Part shown: piece after piece, positions 39,810-46,798 of the stretch
Numbering within the stretch: the first letter of the stretch is position 1
Layout: the number at the start of each line of letters is the position of its first letter
From: a virus
Length of the DNA: 64,000 bases
Strand: one strand, 5' to 3'
IMG/VR virus record: IMGVR_UViG_3300034102_001514
Coordinates: 1-64,000 of that record
Program-made: the position numbers and the translations under genes
The notes under the pieces: generated by a model
Told to the model about the DNA's origin: nothing
Databases searched by the model: none
What the model saw: the letters and a program-made list of their open reading frames with translations, nothing else

Positions 39810-41840
39810 ATTTGCCTCAAACTTTGAGTTGAGTGATTTAGCAAGCGGAGTTAATTCGGTTACATTGATAAACTGAGCATCATTACCATACATTGTTTTG
39901 AACGCTCTGGCGTCAGTCCCATAATAACCCTCGGTGATGAAGTAAGAAAGGACATTGATTCCGGCTTGGCGAATTTTCTTAACTTGAGCAGCTGTGTGAT
40001 TGTAAGCATCCTCACCTTCGTAGTAGATGTCGTTGTTTGAGAATGTCGGACATCCATCAGAAAAGTTGATAAAGTAAGCATCACTACCTTTAGCGTATCC
40101 GATAATGTCCTTCATCACAGCCTCAAAACACAAACCTTCGGGCGTGGTTCCGTTTGCGGTGATGTGGTGAAATAAGTTCTGAATTTTAGAGAACTTGTCT
40201 TTACGACTATCATAAGCCACCAAGATGAATGGAACATAATCATTACCATAACCCATAGTGCTTCGGTAAGAAATTACCACATCAATGTTTTGAGTCATTG
40301 AAGCCGCCTTAGCAATAGCGACCGCTGCAACTTGGGTGTTGTTCCATTTATCACCACCCATAGAACCACTCGCGTCAATAGTAATGTGAATTACAGCGGG
40401 CTTGGATTTGTTCACCATTGTTCTTTCAAAGATATCAAAGTTACCAAATCCAATTTCGTGAATCATACGAGCACTCAATTTACCACTCTTCATACGAGGA
40501 GTAATCAAAGAGCGTTCTTCATTACGAGTTTTAAGTTTTTTACCCAAAAGAATACCCAACTGAATACCTCGTTGAATGTTTTCTAAATATTTACTTGTCC
40601 GATACTCAGCATCCGTAAGGATTGGAAACTGATTGGTAGAAACCAACTCTTTGGTAAAGTTACGAATCACATAGGTTTGAGTTCCACCATTGGCTGAACT
40701 ATTCCACTTACGAGTAATGTCTTTACCTGTGACCTCAACCTCAATATCGGCCCGGTCAAGAGCTTCAACCTTGCGCTTTTCACTCTTACCAATTTTCTTT
40801 TTGGCGACCTCACCCTCTTGGAACTTTTTTTGTTTTTCAATAGCCCGTTTGAGTTGTTCAATTTGAGATGGGGTGAGTTGTTCTAATTCACTATCACCAC
40901 CATCAGTCGGTTCACCACTCATATCCATATTAGAAGACATACCACCTTCTGATGATTGGTCATCCGTATCACCACTCATATCAGCGGAACCATTCATTTC
41001 GTGTTCCTTTGGTTCGGACTCATTACTATCACCACCTTGACCTTGTTCTTTAGCCTCAATGTAATTTTTAAAGTAAACCATAAACACAGCACCTGCAACC
41101 TCAAGAGCGTCCCAAGTAGTTTTTAAACGACCAATGTTTTTAAGGTCAAGGATGTTCCAAATCTCACGAAGACCCTTCAAAGCGTCAAGGTCACGATTTG
41201 GGTTGGTGATGTTTACGATTCGGAAAATGTAAGAGTCCCAATTCTCATCACGATACTCGGAAGATTGAAGACCTTTGTCAATAATCTTGGCGTTGAAGTA
41301 TTTATCATACATTGACTCGTAATAACCACGATAGCCCGGCGCGGTACGGAAGATAAAATTATCAATCCGGCGGTCTTCAACCACATTAAGTAGGTCTTTT
41401 AGTTGGGTGTAAATCTCGGATGAAACACTTGATTCAAGTTCAAGACCCATCTTTTCACGAAGATAGTTTACATCAATAGTAGATGGAAGAAAGTTATCAC
41501 GAGTCATCTTACGAAGAGTTTCAAAGTCAGTAAGTTTGATGTGAGAACCCTCGTGAAGCGCTAGACCAACAGTAGGGTCAAATTCGGTGTCATCCATTTT
41601 AGCGGAAATAACTACCTCGGTGCCATCGGTGTAAGAATCAGAACCTCGTTCATCAAAGGTCACCTTAATCGGCATACCAGTTACAATGTTAACGAAGTTG
41701 GATACCGCACGTTTGTAGGATACCAACTTCATAAGGTCAGAAGACTTTCGTTCTACATCGGTGACATAGGTAGTGTTCTCATCAAGGAACAAAGATTTGT
41801 CAAGCCAGAATGAAGAGTAAGAAGATTTTAATTTAGCCAT
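39798..41840 (-). CDS. CobT-like vWA protein with N-terminal HExxH metallopeptidase-like domain
   Basis: LALHEGSH, NVVEDRRID, acidic linker, MIDAS DASGSM, GTTP, FSDG. Confidence 0.85.
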   Translation of the reverse strand: MAKLKSSYSSFWLDKSLFLDENTTYVTDVERKSSDLMKLVSYKRAVSNFVNIVTGMPIKVTFDERGSDSYTDGTEVVISAKMDDTEFDPTVGLALHEGSHIKLTDFETLRKMTRDNFLPSTIDVNYLREKMGLELESSVSSEIYTQLKDLLNVVEDRRIDNFIFRTAPGYRGYYESMYDKYFNAKIIDKGLQSSEYRDENWDSYIFRIVNITNPNRDLDALKGLREIWNILDLKNIGRLKTTWDALEVAGAVFMVYFKNYIEAKEQGQGGDSNESEPKEHEMNGSADMSGDTDDQSSEGGMSSNMDMSGEPTDGGDSELEQLTPSQIEQLKRAIEKQKKFQEGEVAKKKIGKSEKRKVEALDRADIEVEVTGKDITRKWNSSANGGTQTYVIRNFTKELVSTNQFPILTDAEYRTSKYLENIQRGIQLGILLGKKLKTRNEERSLITPRMKSGKLSARMIHEIGFGNFDIFERTMVNKSKPAVIHITIDASGSMGGDKWNNTQVAAVAIAKAASMTQNIDVVISYRSTMGYGNDYVPFILVAYDSRKDKFSKIQNLFHHITANGTTPEGLCFEAVMKDIIGYAKGSDAYFINFSDGCPTFSNNDIYYEGEDAYNHTAAQVKKIRQAGINVLSYFITEGYYGTDARAFKTMYGNDAQFINVTELTPLAKSLNSKFEANLTI

Positions 41841-41861
41841 AGGGTATTAATGATTACAGAA

Positions 41862-41916
41862 CAAAGATACGACAATTATTTGTCTATACAAGCGTTCAAT
41901 GTTAAGAAATTGTTAA
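41862..41916 (-). promoter_or_regulatory. Sigma-70-type promoter with upstream TTAACA direct-repeat box
   Basis: TTAACAATTTCTTAACA-N7-CTTG-N19-TATCTTTG. Confidence 0.7.
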
Positions 41917-42065
41917 ATCTCACGCTTCCACGATTTGTCTTTACGAGTATAACTTCGCTCTGAATCATGTGTTTTGGTAGTGGTCTTCTTACCAATGTGG
42001 TGTGCTGCCTCACCAAGAGTCCAATCACCATTGAATTTTAATTTGCTTTTATATGTCTTACCCAT
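41913..42065 (-). CDS. Small basic protein, 50 aa (not in ORF track)
   Basis: MGKTYKSKLKFNGDWTLGEAAHHIGKKTTTKTHDSERSYTRKDKSWKREI*, with own promoter at ~42085-42115. Confidence 0.65.
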   Translation of the reverse strand: MGKTYKSKLKFNGDWTLGEAAHHIGKKTTTKTHDSERSYTRKDKSWKREI

Positions 42066-42093
42066 ATCAATAATTATTACGATGTAAAGATAA

Positions 42094-42125
42094 TAAAAAA
42101 AGAGGACTTACACAAGCCCTCTTTT
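42094..42125 (-). terminator. Intrinsic terminator overlapping a promoter
   Basis: Minus strand AAAAGAGGGCTT-GTGT-AAGTCCTCTTTTTTT. Confidence 0.7.
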
Positions 42126-42145
42126 AATTATTTTTAGTCAAAATA

Positions 42146-42646
42146 TCATTTTTTTTGATATATTTTTATATATTCACATTCTTTGGATGTGATTACCTTC
42201 ATAGGTTCAATAAAATATTTAACAACATCAATATCCGATGTGTCGTATAACATAGTGTCGTTTATAAAAACGATGATTCGGCTTGGAGTCCATAACAATC
42301 CATATTTAACGGATTTGTTTTTGTTAGTATGTTTCCAAATCTTTTTAAATTCAGATTCCAAGGTTGAAAAGAAAAACCAACCATTATTATTTAAAGAAAT
42401 TTTTAATGGATAAATTCTATCGGATGATAAAATAACATCACCATCGGTTTGGATTTCAAAATATCCGTATTTGTATTCTTTATTGGATTTTAAAACGCTG
42501 TGGTCTACCTTCCATTCAGTATAGCCAGATAATCTATGTTTTTTATATTCAGTATGTTCAAAAACTAATCCATAACCCTCAATGATAGATGGATTGAATT
42601 TCTTTTGAGGTAATAAAAATTTAAACCAATTTAATATGTTCTTCAT
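42146..42646 (-). CDS. Hypothetical protein (degenerate GH16/concanavalin-like)
   Basis: YKYGYFEI and KYGLLWTPSRIIVFIND resemble GH16 motifs; no catalytic EIDxxE seen. Confidence 0.45.
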   Translation of the reverse strand: MKNILNWFKFLLPQKKFNPSIIEGYGLVFEHTEYKKHRLSGYTEWKVDHSVLKSNKEYKYGYFEIQTDGDVILSSDRIYPLKISLNNNGWFFFSTLESEFKKIWKHTNKNKSVKYGLLWTPSRIIVFINDTMLYDTSDIDVVKYFIEPMKVITSKECEYIKIYQKK

Positions 42647-42665
42647 ATAACTCCTTTAATATTTG

Positions 42666-42737
42666 TTGCCCCACAAGGATTTGAACCTCGATTCGCTGAA
42701 CCAAAATCAGATGTCCTGCCAATTAGACGATAGGGCA
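42666..42737 (-). tRNA. tRNA-Gln(TTG)
   Basis: Cloverleaf TGCCCTA..CTGA-TTTTGGT-TCAG..GTTCAAATC..TGGGGCA. Confidence 0.9.
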
Positions 42738-42773
42738 AAATTTAGTGATGTCGTTCGGTTAATAATTATTAAA

Positions 42774-43076
42774 TTATCCTTTTAAAATTTCTTTTTTGTT
42801 TATTACTTTGTTTTCAAACTTATCAAAGCGTGAATCAATATAACGATAAAGTTCATTCATATTACTTTCATTATTATGATTTAATTCATCGGTATATCTA
42901 ATCAACGAAGCTTCCTTTTCTTCAAGTTGTTTGTAGACATCTTGAAGTGTTTCGTTAGTATCCCTAATTTGAGATTCTAACTCTTTTACTGATTTTCTCA
43001 TCTGAAACACAACCACAGCCATCAATGTATAGACAACCGTAATCATACCCCAAACAAATGCAAGAATTGTTTCCAT
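42774..43076 (-). CDS. Membrane-anchored coiled-coil protein inside tRNA array
   Basis: N-terminal TM, YIDSRFDKFE motif; flanked by 13-bp inverted repeat. Confidence 0.7.
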   Translation of the reverse strand: METILAFVWGMITVVYTLMAVVVFQMRKSVKELESQIRDTNETLQDVYKQLEEKEASLIRYTDELNHNNESNMNELYRYIDSRFDKFENKVINKKEILKG

Positions 43077-43110
43077 GTTTTTTCCTTTTTTAAGTGAACG
43101 ACATCACTTG

Positions 43111-43184
43111 TTGCGGGAGAGGGACTCGAACCCCCGACCTCAAGGTTATGAGCCTTGCGAGCTACCAACTGCTACCATCCCGCG
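43111..43184 (-). tRNA. tRNA-Met(CAT), initiator-type
   Basis: CAT anticodon; C1:A72 mismatch; canonical D/T loops. Confidence 0.88.
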
Positions 43185-43194
43185 ATTATAAGTC

Positions 43195-43249
43195 GTAGAC
43201 CCGGGCCTAACAAGCCGTGTAACACGGAAAGGCCCTTTTGAAGGTCTAC
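43195..43249 (-). ncRNA. Putative small structured RNA between tRNA-Gly and tRNA-Met
   Basis: Nested stems GTAGACC/GGTCTAC, GGGCCT/AGGCCC, CCGTG/CACGG. Confidence 0.5.
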
Positions 43250-43252
43250 TTG

Positions 43253-43325
43253 AGCGAAAGAGGAGATTCGAACTCCCGACCCTCACCTTGGCAAGGTGAT
43301 GCTCTACCAACTGAGCTACTTTCGC
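43253..43325 (-). tRNA. tRNA-Gly(GCC)
   Basis: Canonical cloverleaf, TCACC-TTGCCAA-GGTGA, U73. Confidence 0.93.
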
Positions 43326-43331
43326 TTATTG

Positions 43332-43403
43332 AGCGGAGAGGTGGTTCTGCCCCACCATCTCTCATCTGGTTGATGAGTGAGTTTCTTTAAACTCCTCCTC
43401 CGC
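43332..43403 (-). ncRNA. Non-canonical tRNA-Gly-like RNA (ACC)
   Basis: Cloverleaf with GCGGAGG/TCTCCGC-T acceptor; T-loop GGCAGAA; D-loop without GG; 6-bp anticodon stem. Confidence 0.75.
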
Positions 43404-43409
43404 ATTATT

Positions 43410-43482
43410 GGGTATGAATGTCCGGTAACACTCGAATTAAATTCACTGCAGTCGGTTTTATTACTGTCTTCAATTCATACCC
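43410..43482 (-). ncRNA. Putative helix-closed small RNA between tRNA-Thr and Gly-like RNA
   Basis: Perfect 10-bp terminal IR GGGTATGAAT/ATTCATACCC; inner GTAATA/TGTTAC and GAATT/AATTC pairings. Confidence 0.5.
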
Positions 43483-43485
43483 TTG

Positions 43486-43558
43486 AGCCTCCAGCCGGAC
43501 TTGAACCAGCGACCTACTGATTACAAATCAGTAGCTCTACCAACTGAGCTATGGAGGC
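43486..43558 (-). tRNA. tRNA-Thr(TGT)
   Basis: Canonical cloverleaf, ACTGA-TTTGTAA-TCAGT. Confidence 0.93.
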
Positions 43559-43619
43559 TTGTGGTGATTGATTAGGGTTCAAACACCAAAACCCAATCGG
43601 CTAGACTCAGCTCTTTATA

Positions 43620-43793
43620 TTATTCAGCGGATGCTTCCACTTCATAAGCAGCATCTTCCAATTCTTGAGAATTTGTAGAATCAAGAACGGCTGTTGTATC
43701 AACAGATGTTCCTTCAACTACTACCTCTTCGGTAGATTCGCTACAGGCAGCAACTGAAGCTGCGATAACGAACATTGCAATCATTTTTCTCAT
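43620..43793 (-). CDS. Small acidic lipoprotein, 57 aa (not in ORF track)
   Basis: MRKMIAMFVIAASVAA-CSESTEEVVVEG...; lipobox VAAC. Confidence 0.75.
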   Translation of the reverse strand: MRKMIAMFVIAASVAACSESTEEVVVEGTSVDTTAVLDSTNSQELEDAAYEVEASAE

Positions 43794-43852
43794 AGTAAAA
43801 CTTTAGATTAAATTATTAAACATAAAAACGACAAAGAACATTTCCTTGTTTG

Positions 43853-43924
43853 AGCGGAAGGTTGGAACTGCCCCAACTCCTCTTATCTGGATGATAAGCG
43901 ACTTTCTTTTAAGTCTTCTTCCGC
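43853..43924 (-). ncRNA. Non-canonical tRNA-Gly-like RNA (TCC)
   Basis: GCGGAAG/CTTCCGC-T acceptor; T-loop GGCAGTT; D-loop AAAAGA; 6-bp anticodon stem; paralog of 43332..43403. Confidence 0.75.
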
Positions 43925-43934
43925 AATTGTTTGA

Positions 43935-43966
43935 CAAATATACGAAATAAATTTCATATTGCCAAA
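43935..43966 (-). promoter_or_regulatory. Bacteroidota sigma-70-type promoter
   Basis: TTTG-N20-TATATTTG directly upstream of the Gly-like RNA. Confidence 0.8.
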
Positions 43967-43977
43967 TCTTTTTTTAG

Positions 43978-44063
43978 CGGAGGCTGTAGGATTCGAACCT
44001 ACGGAACCTTTCAGTTCAACAGTTTTCAAGACTGCCGCAATAGACCAACTCTGCCAAACCTCC
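43978..44063 (-). tRNA. tRNA-Ser(TGA)
   Basis: Long variable arm, GCAGT-CTTGAAA-ACTGT, G73. Confidence 0.93.
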
Positions 44064-44104
44064 TTTATTGTGTGAATAAGTATATAACACAAATTTAATA
44101 CTTG

Positions 44105-44176
44105 TAGTCCGTGCGGGAATCGAACCCGCCTTTTATCCGTGAAAGGGATATGTCCTAACCGATAGACTAACGGACC
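44105..44176 (-). tRNA. tRNA-Glu(TTC)
   Basis: TATCC-CTTTCAC-GGATA; canonical T-loop. Confidence 0.92.
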
Positions 44177-44179
44177 ATG

Positions 44180-44251
44180 CGCTCTTGGATGGATTCGAAC
44201 CAACGACCAATTGATTAACAGTCAACTGCGCTACCACTGCGCCACAAGAGC
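44180..44251 (-). tRNA. tRNA-Asn(GTT)
   Basis: GTTGA-CTGTTAA-TCAAT; G73. Confidence 0.92.
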
Positions 44252-44256
44252 TTTTG

Positions 44257-44333
44257 TTGGAGAGGGGGGACTTGAACCCCTATGTGACCAGTTACCCTTT
44301 CTACAAGGTATAAGCTTGAGGGGATACTCTCCA
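44257..44333 (-). ncRNA. Atypical tRNA-like RNA (TAT anticodon-like loop, no D arm)
   Basis: TGGAGAG/CTCTCCA acceptor, GGTTCAAGTCC T arm, CAAG-CTTATAC-CTTG hairpin close to the 5' acceptor strand. Confidence 0.6.
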
Positions 44334-44338
44334 TTAAG

Positions 44339-44412
44339 CGGTCTGTACGGGACTCGAACCCGTGACCTCCGGCGTGACAGGCCAGCGTTGTAACCAACTC
44401 TACTAACAGACC
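44339..44412 (-). tRNA. tRNA-Asp(GTC)
   Basis: CTGGC-CTGTCAC-GCCGG; G73. Confidence 0.93.
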
Positions 44413-44417
44413 CTTTG

Positions 44418-44490
<73 letters not shown>

Positions 44491-44544
44491 AACTCGTTGT
44501 TAAAGGACAACGATAACCTTGGTGTTGATTGTGCACGCCTGGGG

Positions 44545-44626
44545 TGGGAGTGGATGGACTCGAACCACCGATGTCGTTAGACGATTGATTTACAGTCAAC
44601 TGCAATAGCCACTATGCGACACTCCC
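44545..44626 (-). tRNA. tRNA-Tyr(GTA)
   Basis: GTTGA-CTGTAAA-TCAAT, variable arm. Confidence 0.92.
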
Positions 44627-44631
44627 ATTAG

Positions 44632-44705
44632 TACCCCGAGCAGGATTCAAACCTGCGGCCTACGCATTAGAAGTGCGTTGCTCTATTCAGCTGAGCTATC
44701 GGGGC
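44632..44705 (-). tRNA. tRNA-Arg(TCT)
   Basis: ACGCA-CTTCTAA-TGCGT. Confidence 0.9.
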
Positions 44706-44752
44706 ATTTTTTAAAAACCAATAAATCAAAGAACTGTATGTGGGTTTCCGTG

Positions 44753-44838
44753 TACCGATGGCCGGGATCGAACCGGCACACTCATTACTGAGCGAGGGAT
44801 TTTAAGTCCCTTGTGTCTACCTATTTCACCACATCGGC
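44753..44838 (-). tRNA. tRNA-Leu(TAA)
   Basis: AGGGA-CTTAAAA-TCCCT, long variable arm. Confidence 0.93.
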
Positions 44839-44849
44839 ATTTTGTGATA

Positions 44850-44881
44850 CAAATATATAAAATAAACTTGGTATTGCCAAA
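44850..44881 (-). promoter_or_regulatory. Sigma-70-type promoter of tRNA operon
   Basis: TTTG-N20-TATATTTG upstream of tRNA-Leu. Confidence 0.75.
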
Positions 44882-44886
44882 CTTAT

Positions 44887-45207
44887 TTAGATATAAGTTT
44901 CAATTTGTTTTTTAATTTTATCTATCAGTTCCATATCACCCAATTGTGGAATGACTGACTCTAATAACTCTTTCATATGTTTTTGAGATTTCTCTTTGGA
45001 CATTTGTTGATTATGTCTTTCTACCAAATACAAGTGATATGCAATCTCATCAGTTTGTTTTAGTTTATCATAATACTTTTGAATACGAGCGTCCAACTTT
45101 CGTGAACGATGTAGGTCAATTATTGTTGGAAACGCTTTGTGTAGTTCATCCAATCTACCTTTAAGGTATTGAATTTCTAATAGTTTATGGAGTTCTTGTT
45201 CAGTCAT
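44887..45207 (-). CDS. Hypothetical protein
   Basis: ORF in co-oriented block. Confidence 0.6.
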   Translation of the reverse strand: MTEQELHKLLEIQYLKGRLDELHKAFPTIIDLHRSRKLDARIQKYYDKLKQTDEIAYHLYLVERHNQQMSKEKSQKHMKELLESVIPQLGDMELIDKIKKQIETYI

Positions 45208-45209
45208 AA

Positions 45210-45947
45210 TTAATAGTCTATTCCTACAATAGGAGATGTTAGTGAATTACCTAAAGCTTCAAATCGTAATTGAGTTATGATATTGTGTTTGTAAGCCAGA
45301 GCGCTGATATTACGTTGATACATACTACGAATATCTTCTCGTGGGTGTGTTGTGTATGTAGCGGGCAAAAACTCATCAGACACAACTATGTTTTGTTTTA
45401 AGGTTGGTAGGTGAGTTTCTACTAATTTTTTAATTCCGGATTTAGATACTACATAAGAGTGCGTTTGGTATGAGTAGCCAGGAACTACAAAATTCTCAAA
45501 TCCAATTTCAACATCAGAATGACCACCTTGTAATTTTCGTGATAGGAATAGAATATCGTATTCATAATTTTCTAATTCATTACAAACATCCCACGGAAAT
45601 GGCTGTTCTGGATTGTAATCATCTTCAAGTATCAAAATGTTTTCATATCCATTTTTGTATGCATCTTCCCACACTTTGATATGGGAACACATACCACCGG
45701 CTTCACCAGATGTGACTCCACGATTCCAAAATTCATTTGAATCATCTAATTTCCAACCATCGTAAAATTTAATTCCATAATCCGAACGACCCTCTTCAGT
45801 AGAAAATAATTCACGACCATTGACACCATCAAAAATAATGTAAGTAGTTGGGTTTGGTACGCCCATAAAAACCAATCTTTCTAAAATAGACTTTCTATTT
45901 TCATCCGACTGGTCCAATGTAATAATGTATACTTTATCTATTTTCAT
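45210..45947 (-). CDS. Glycosyltransferase family 25 (procollagen galactosyltransferase-like)
   Basis: YIITLD..R, FDGVNG, GEAG..CSH..W, ILILEDD, YSYQTHSYVVS..G, VSDEFLP motifs. Confidence 0.85.
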   Translation of the reverse strand: MKIDKVYIITLDQSDENRKSILERLVFMGVPNPTTYIIFDGVNGRELFSTEEGRSDYGIKFYDGWKLDDSNEFWNRGVTSGEAGGMCSHIKVWEDAYKNGYENILILEDDYNPEQPFPWDVCNELENYEYDILFLSRKLQGGHSDVEIGFENFVVPGYSYQTHSYVVSKSGIKKLVETHLPTLKQNIVVSDEFLPATYTTHPREDIRSMYQRNISALAYKHNIITQLRFEALGNSLTSPIVGIDY

Positions 45948-46336
45948 TTTGCCTTGGGTAATTTTTCAAGAAAGTCAACAAAAGTTAAATACATCATTTT
46001 GTATTTACTATCCTTTCGTTGATTACGAATGTTTACTTGCCGTATCATATCATCAAATAATAAATTTAAATAATAACGAAATTCTTTACGACTACCATCA
46101 TTATCTTTGCGAGATATATACGCCTCAAACCCTTTATAATCTTTTTCATACAACAAACTACGAAGGTCCTCTATCATTTCTACTAATTCATATGGGTTAC
46201 CTAATGATTGTTGTTCAAACGAATCGTTACCAACAACCATATAGTTATTGTCCTTTGTTTTATCATTTTGAGTTGCAACTACCCAATGTTTCATCAGACC
46301 CAATAATTCTATTTGATGTTCAGTATTTAAATCCAT
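45944..46336 (-). CDS. Hypothetical protein
   Basis: Coupled ORF. Confidence 0.55.
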   Translation of the reverse strand: MDLNTEHQIELLGLMKHWVVATQNDKTKDNNYMVVGNDSFEQQSLGNPYELVEMIEDLRSLLYEKDYKGFEAYISRKDNDGSRKEFRYYLNLLFDDMIRQVNIRNQRKDSKYKMMYLTFVDFLEKLPKAK

Positions 46337-46563
46337 CAGTCGAAACTTACACTATTGTCTCGCATAAATTGATTGAGTTGTTGTCTACACTTTTCATAAG
46401 TATCATACTTGTCCGCACTGTACTCATTATCCGACATATACTTGTATTGTGCTCTCAACCACTGGTCCATTTCCCATAATACGGAATGTATCTTTGCGCC
46501 AGTAATTGCCATTTGGAACTCGTGTGATTCTTCAGGCAAGTTAAATTCTAATGTTGCTTTCAT
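46336..46563 (-). CDS. Conserved small phage protein
   Basis: MKATLEFNLPE..WEMDQWLR..KY motif common in large phages. Confidence 0.7.
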   Translation of the reverse strand: MKATLEFNLPEESHEFQMAITGAKIHSVLWEMDQWLRAQYKYMSDNEYSADKYDTYEKCRQQLNQFMRDNSVSFD

Positions 46564-46775
46564 TTTTTATCTAATAAAGTTTTAAAAAAATTATACCAAA
46601 AAATAAATCCCAAGATAGGCCATATTAAAATAACCATAATTCGTTCCGAGTGTGGGTATTCAATCTTACCACCAAGTTTTGTAATTCTATTTGTGATAAA
46701 ATTAATCAAAAACATATGGATGAATCCAACAATCAAATATAGTGATATTAGGTTAATCATTTTACAAATATACAA
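46560..46775 (-). CDS. Small two-TM membrane protein (true start probably ~46760)
   Basis: Two hydrophobic helices; promoter at 46764-46795 overlaps the annotated start. Confidence 0.6.
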   Translation of the reverse strand: MYICKMINLISLYLIVGFIHMFLINFITNRITKLGGKIEYPHSERIMVILIWPILGFIFWYNFFKTLLDKK

Positions 46776-46798
46776 AATAAATTTGAATTATACAAGAA

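Noticed and set aside
43186-43485. Theta/HDV-like ribozymes at tRNA 3' trailers
   Set aside because: The visible stems are nested, and I could not identify the P1/P2/P1.1 double pseudoknot. An Infernal search is still advisable.
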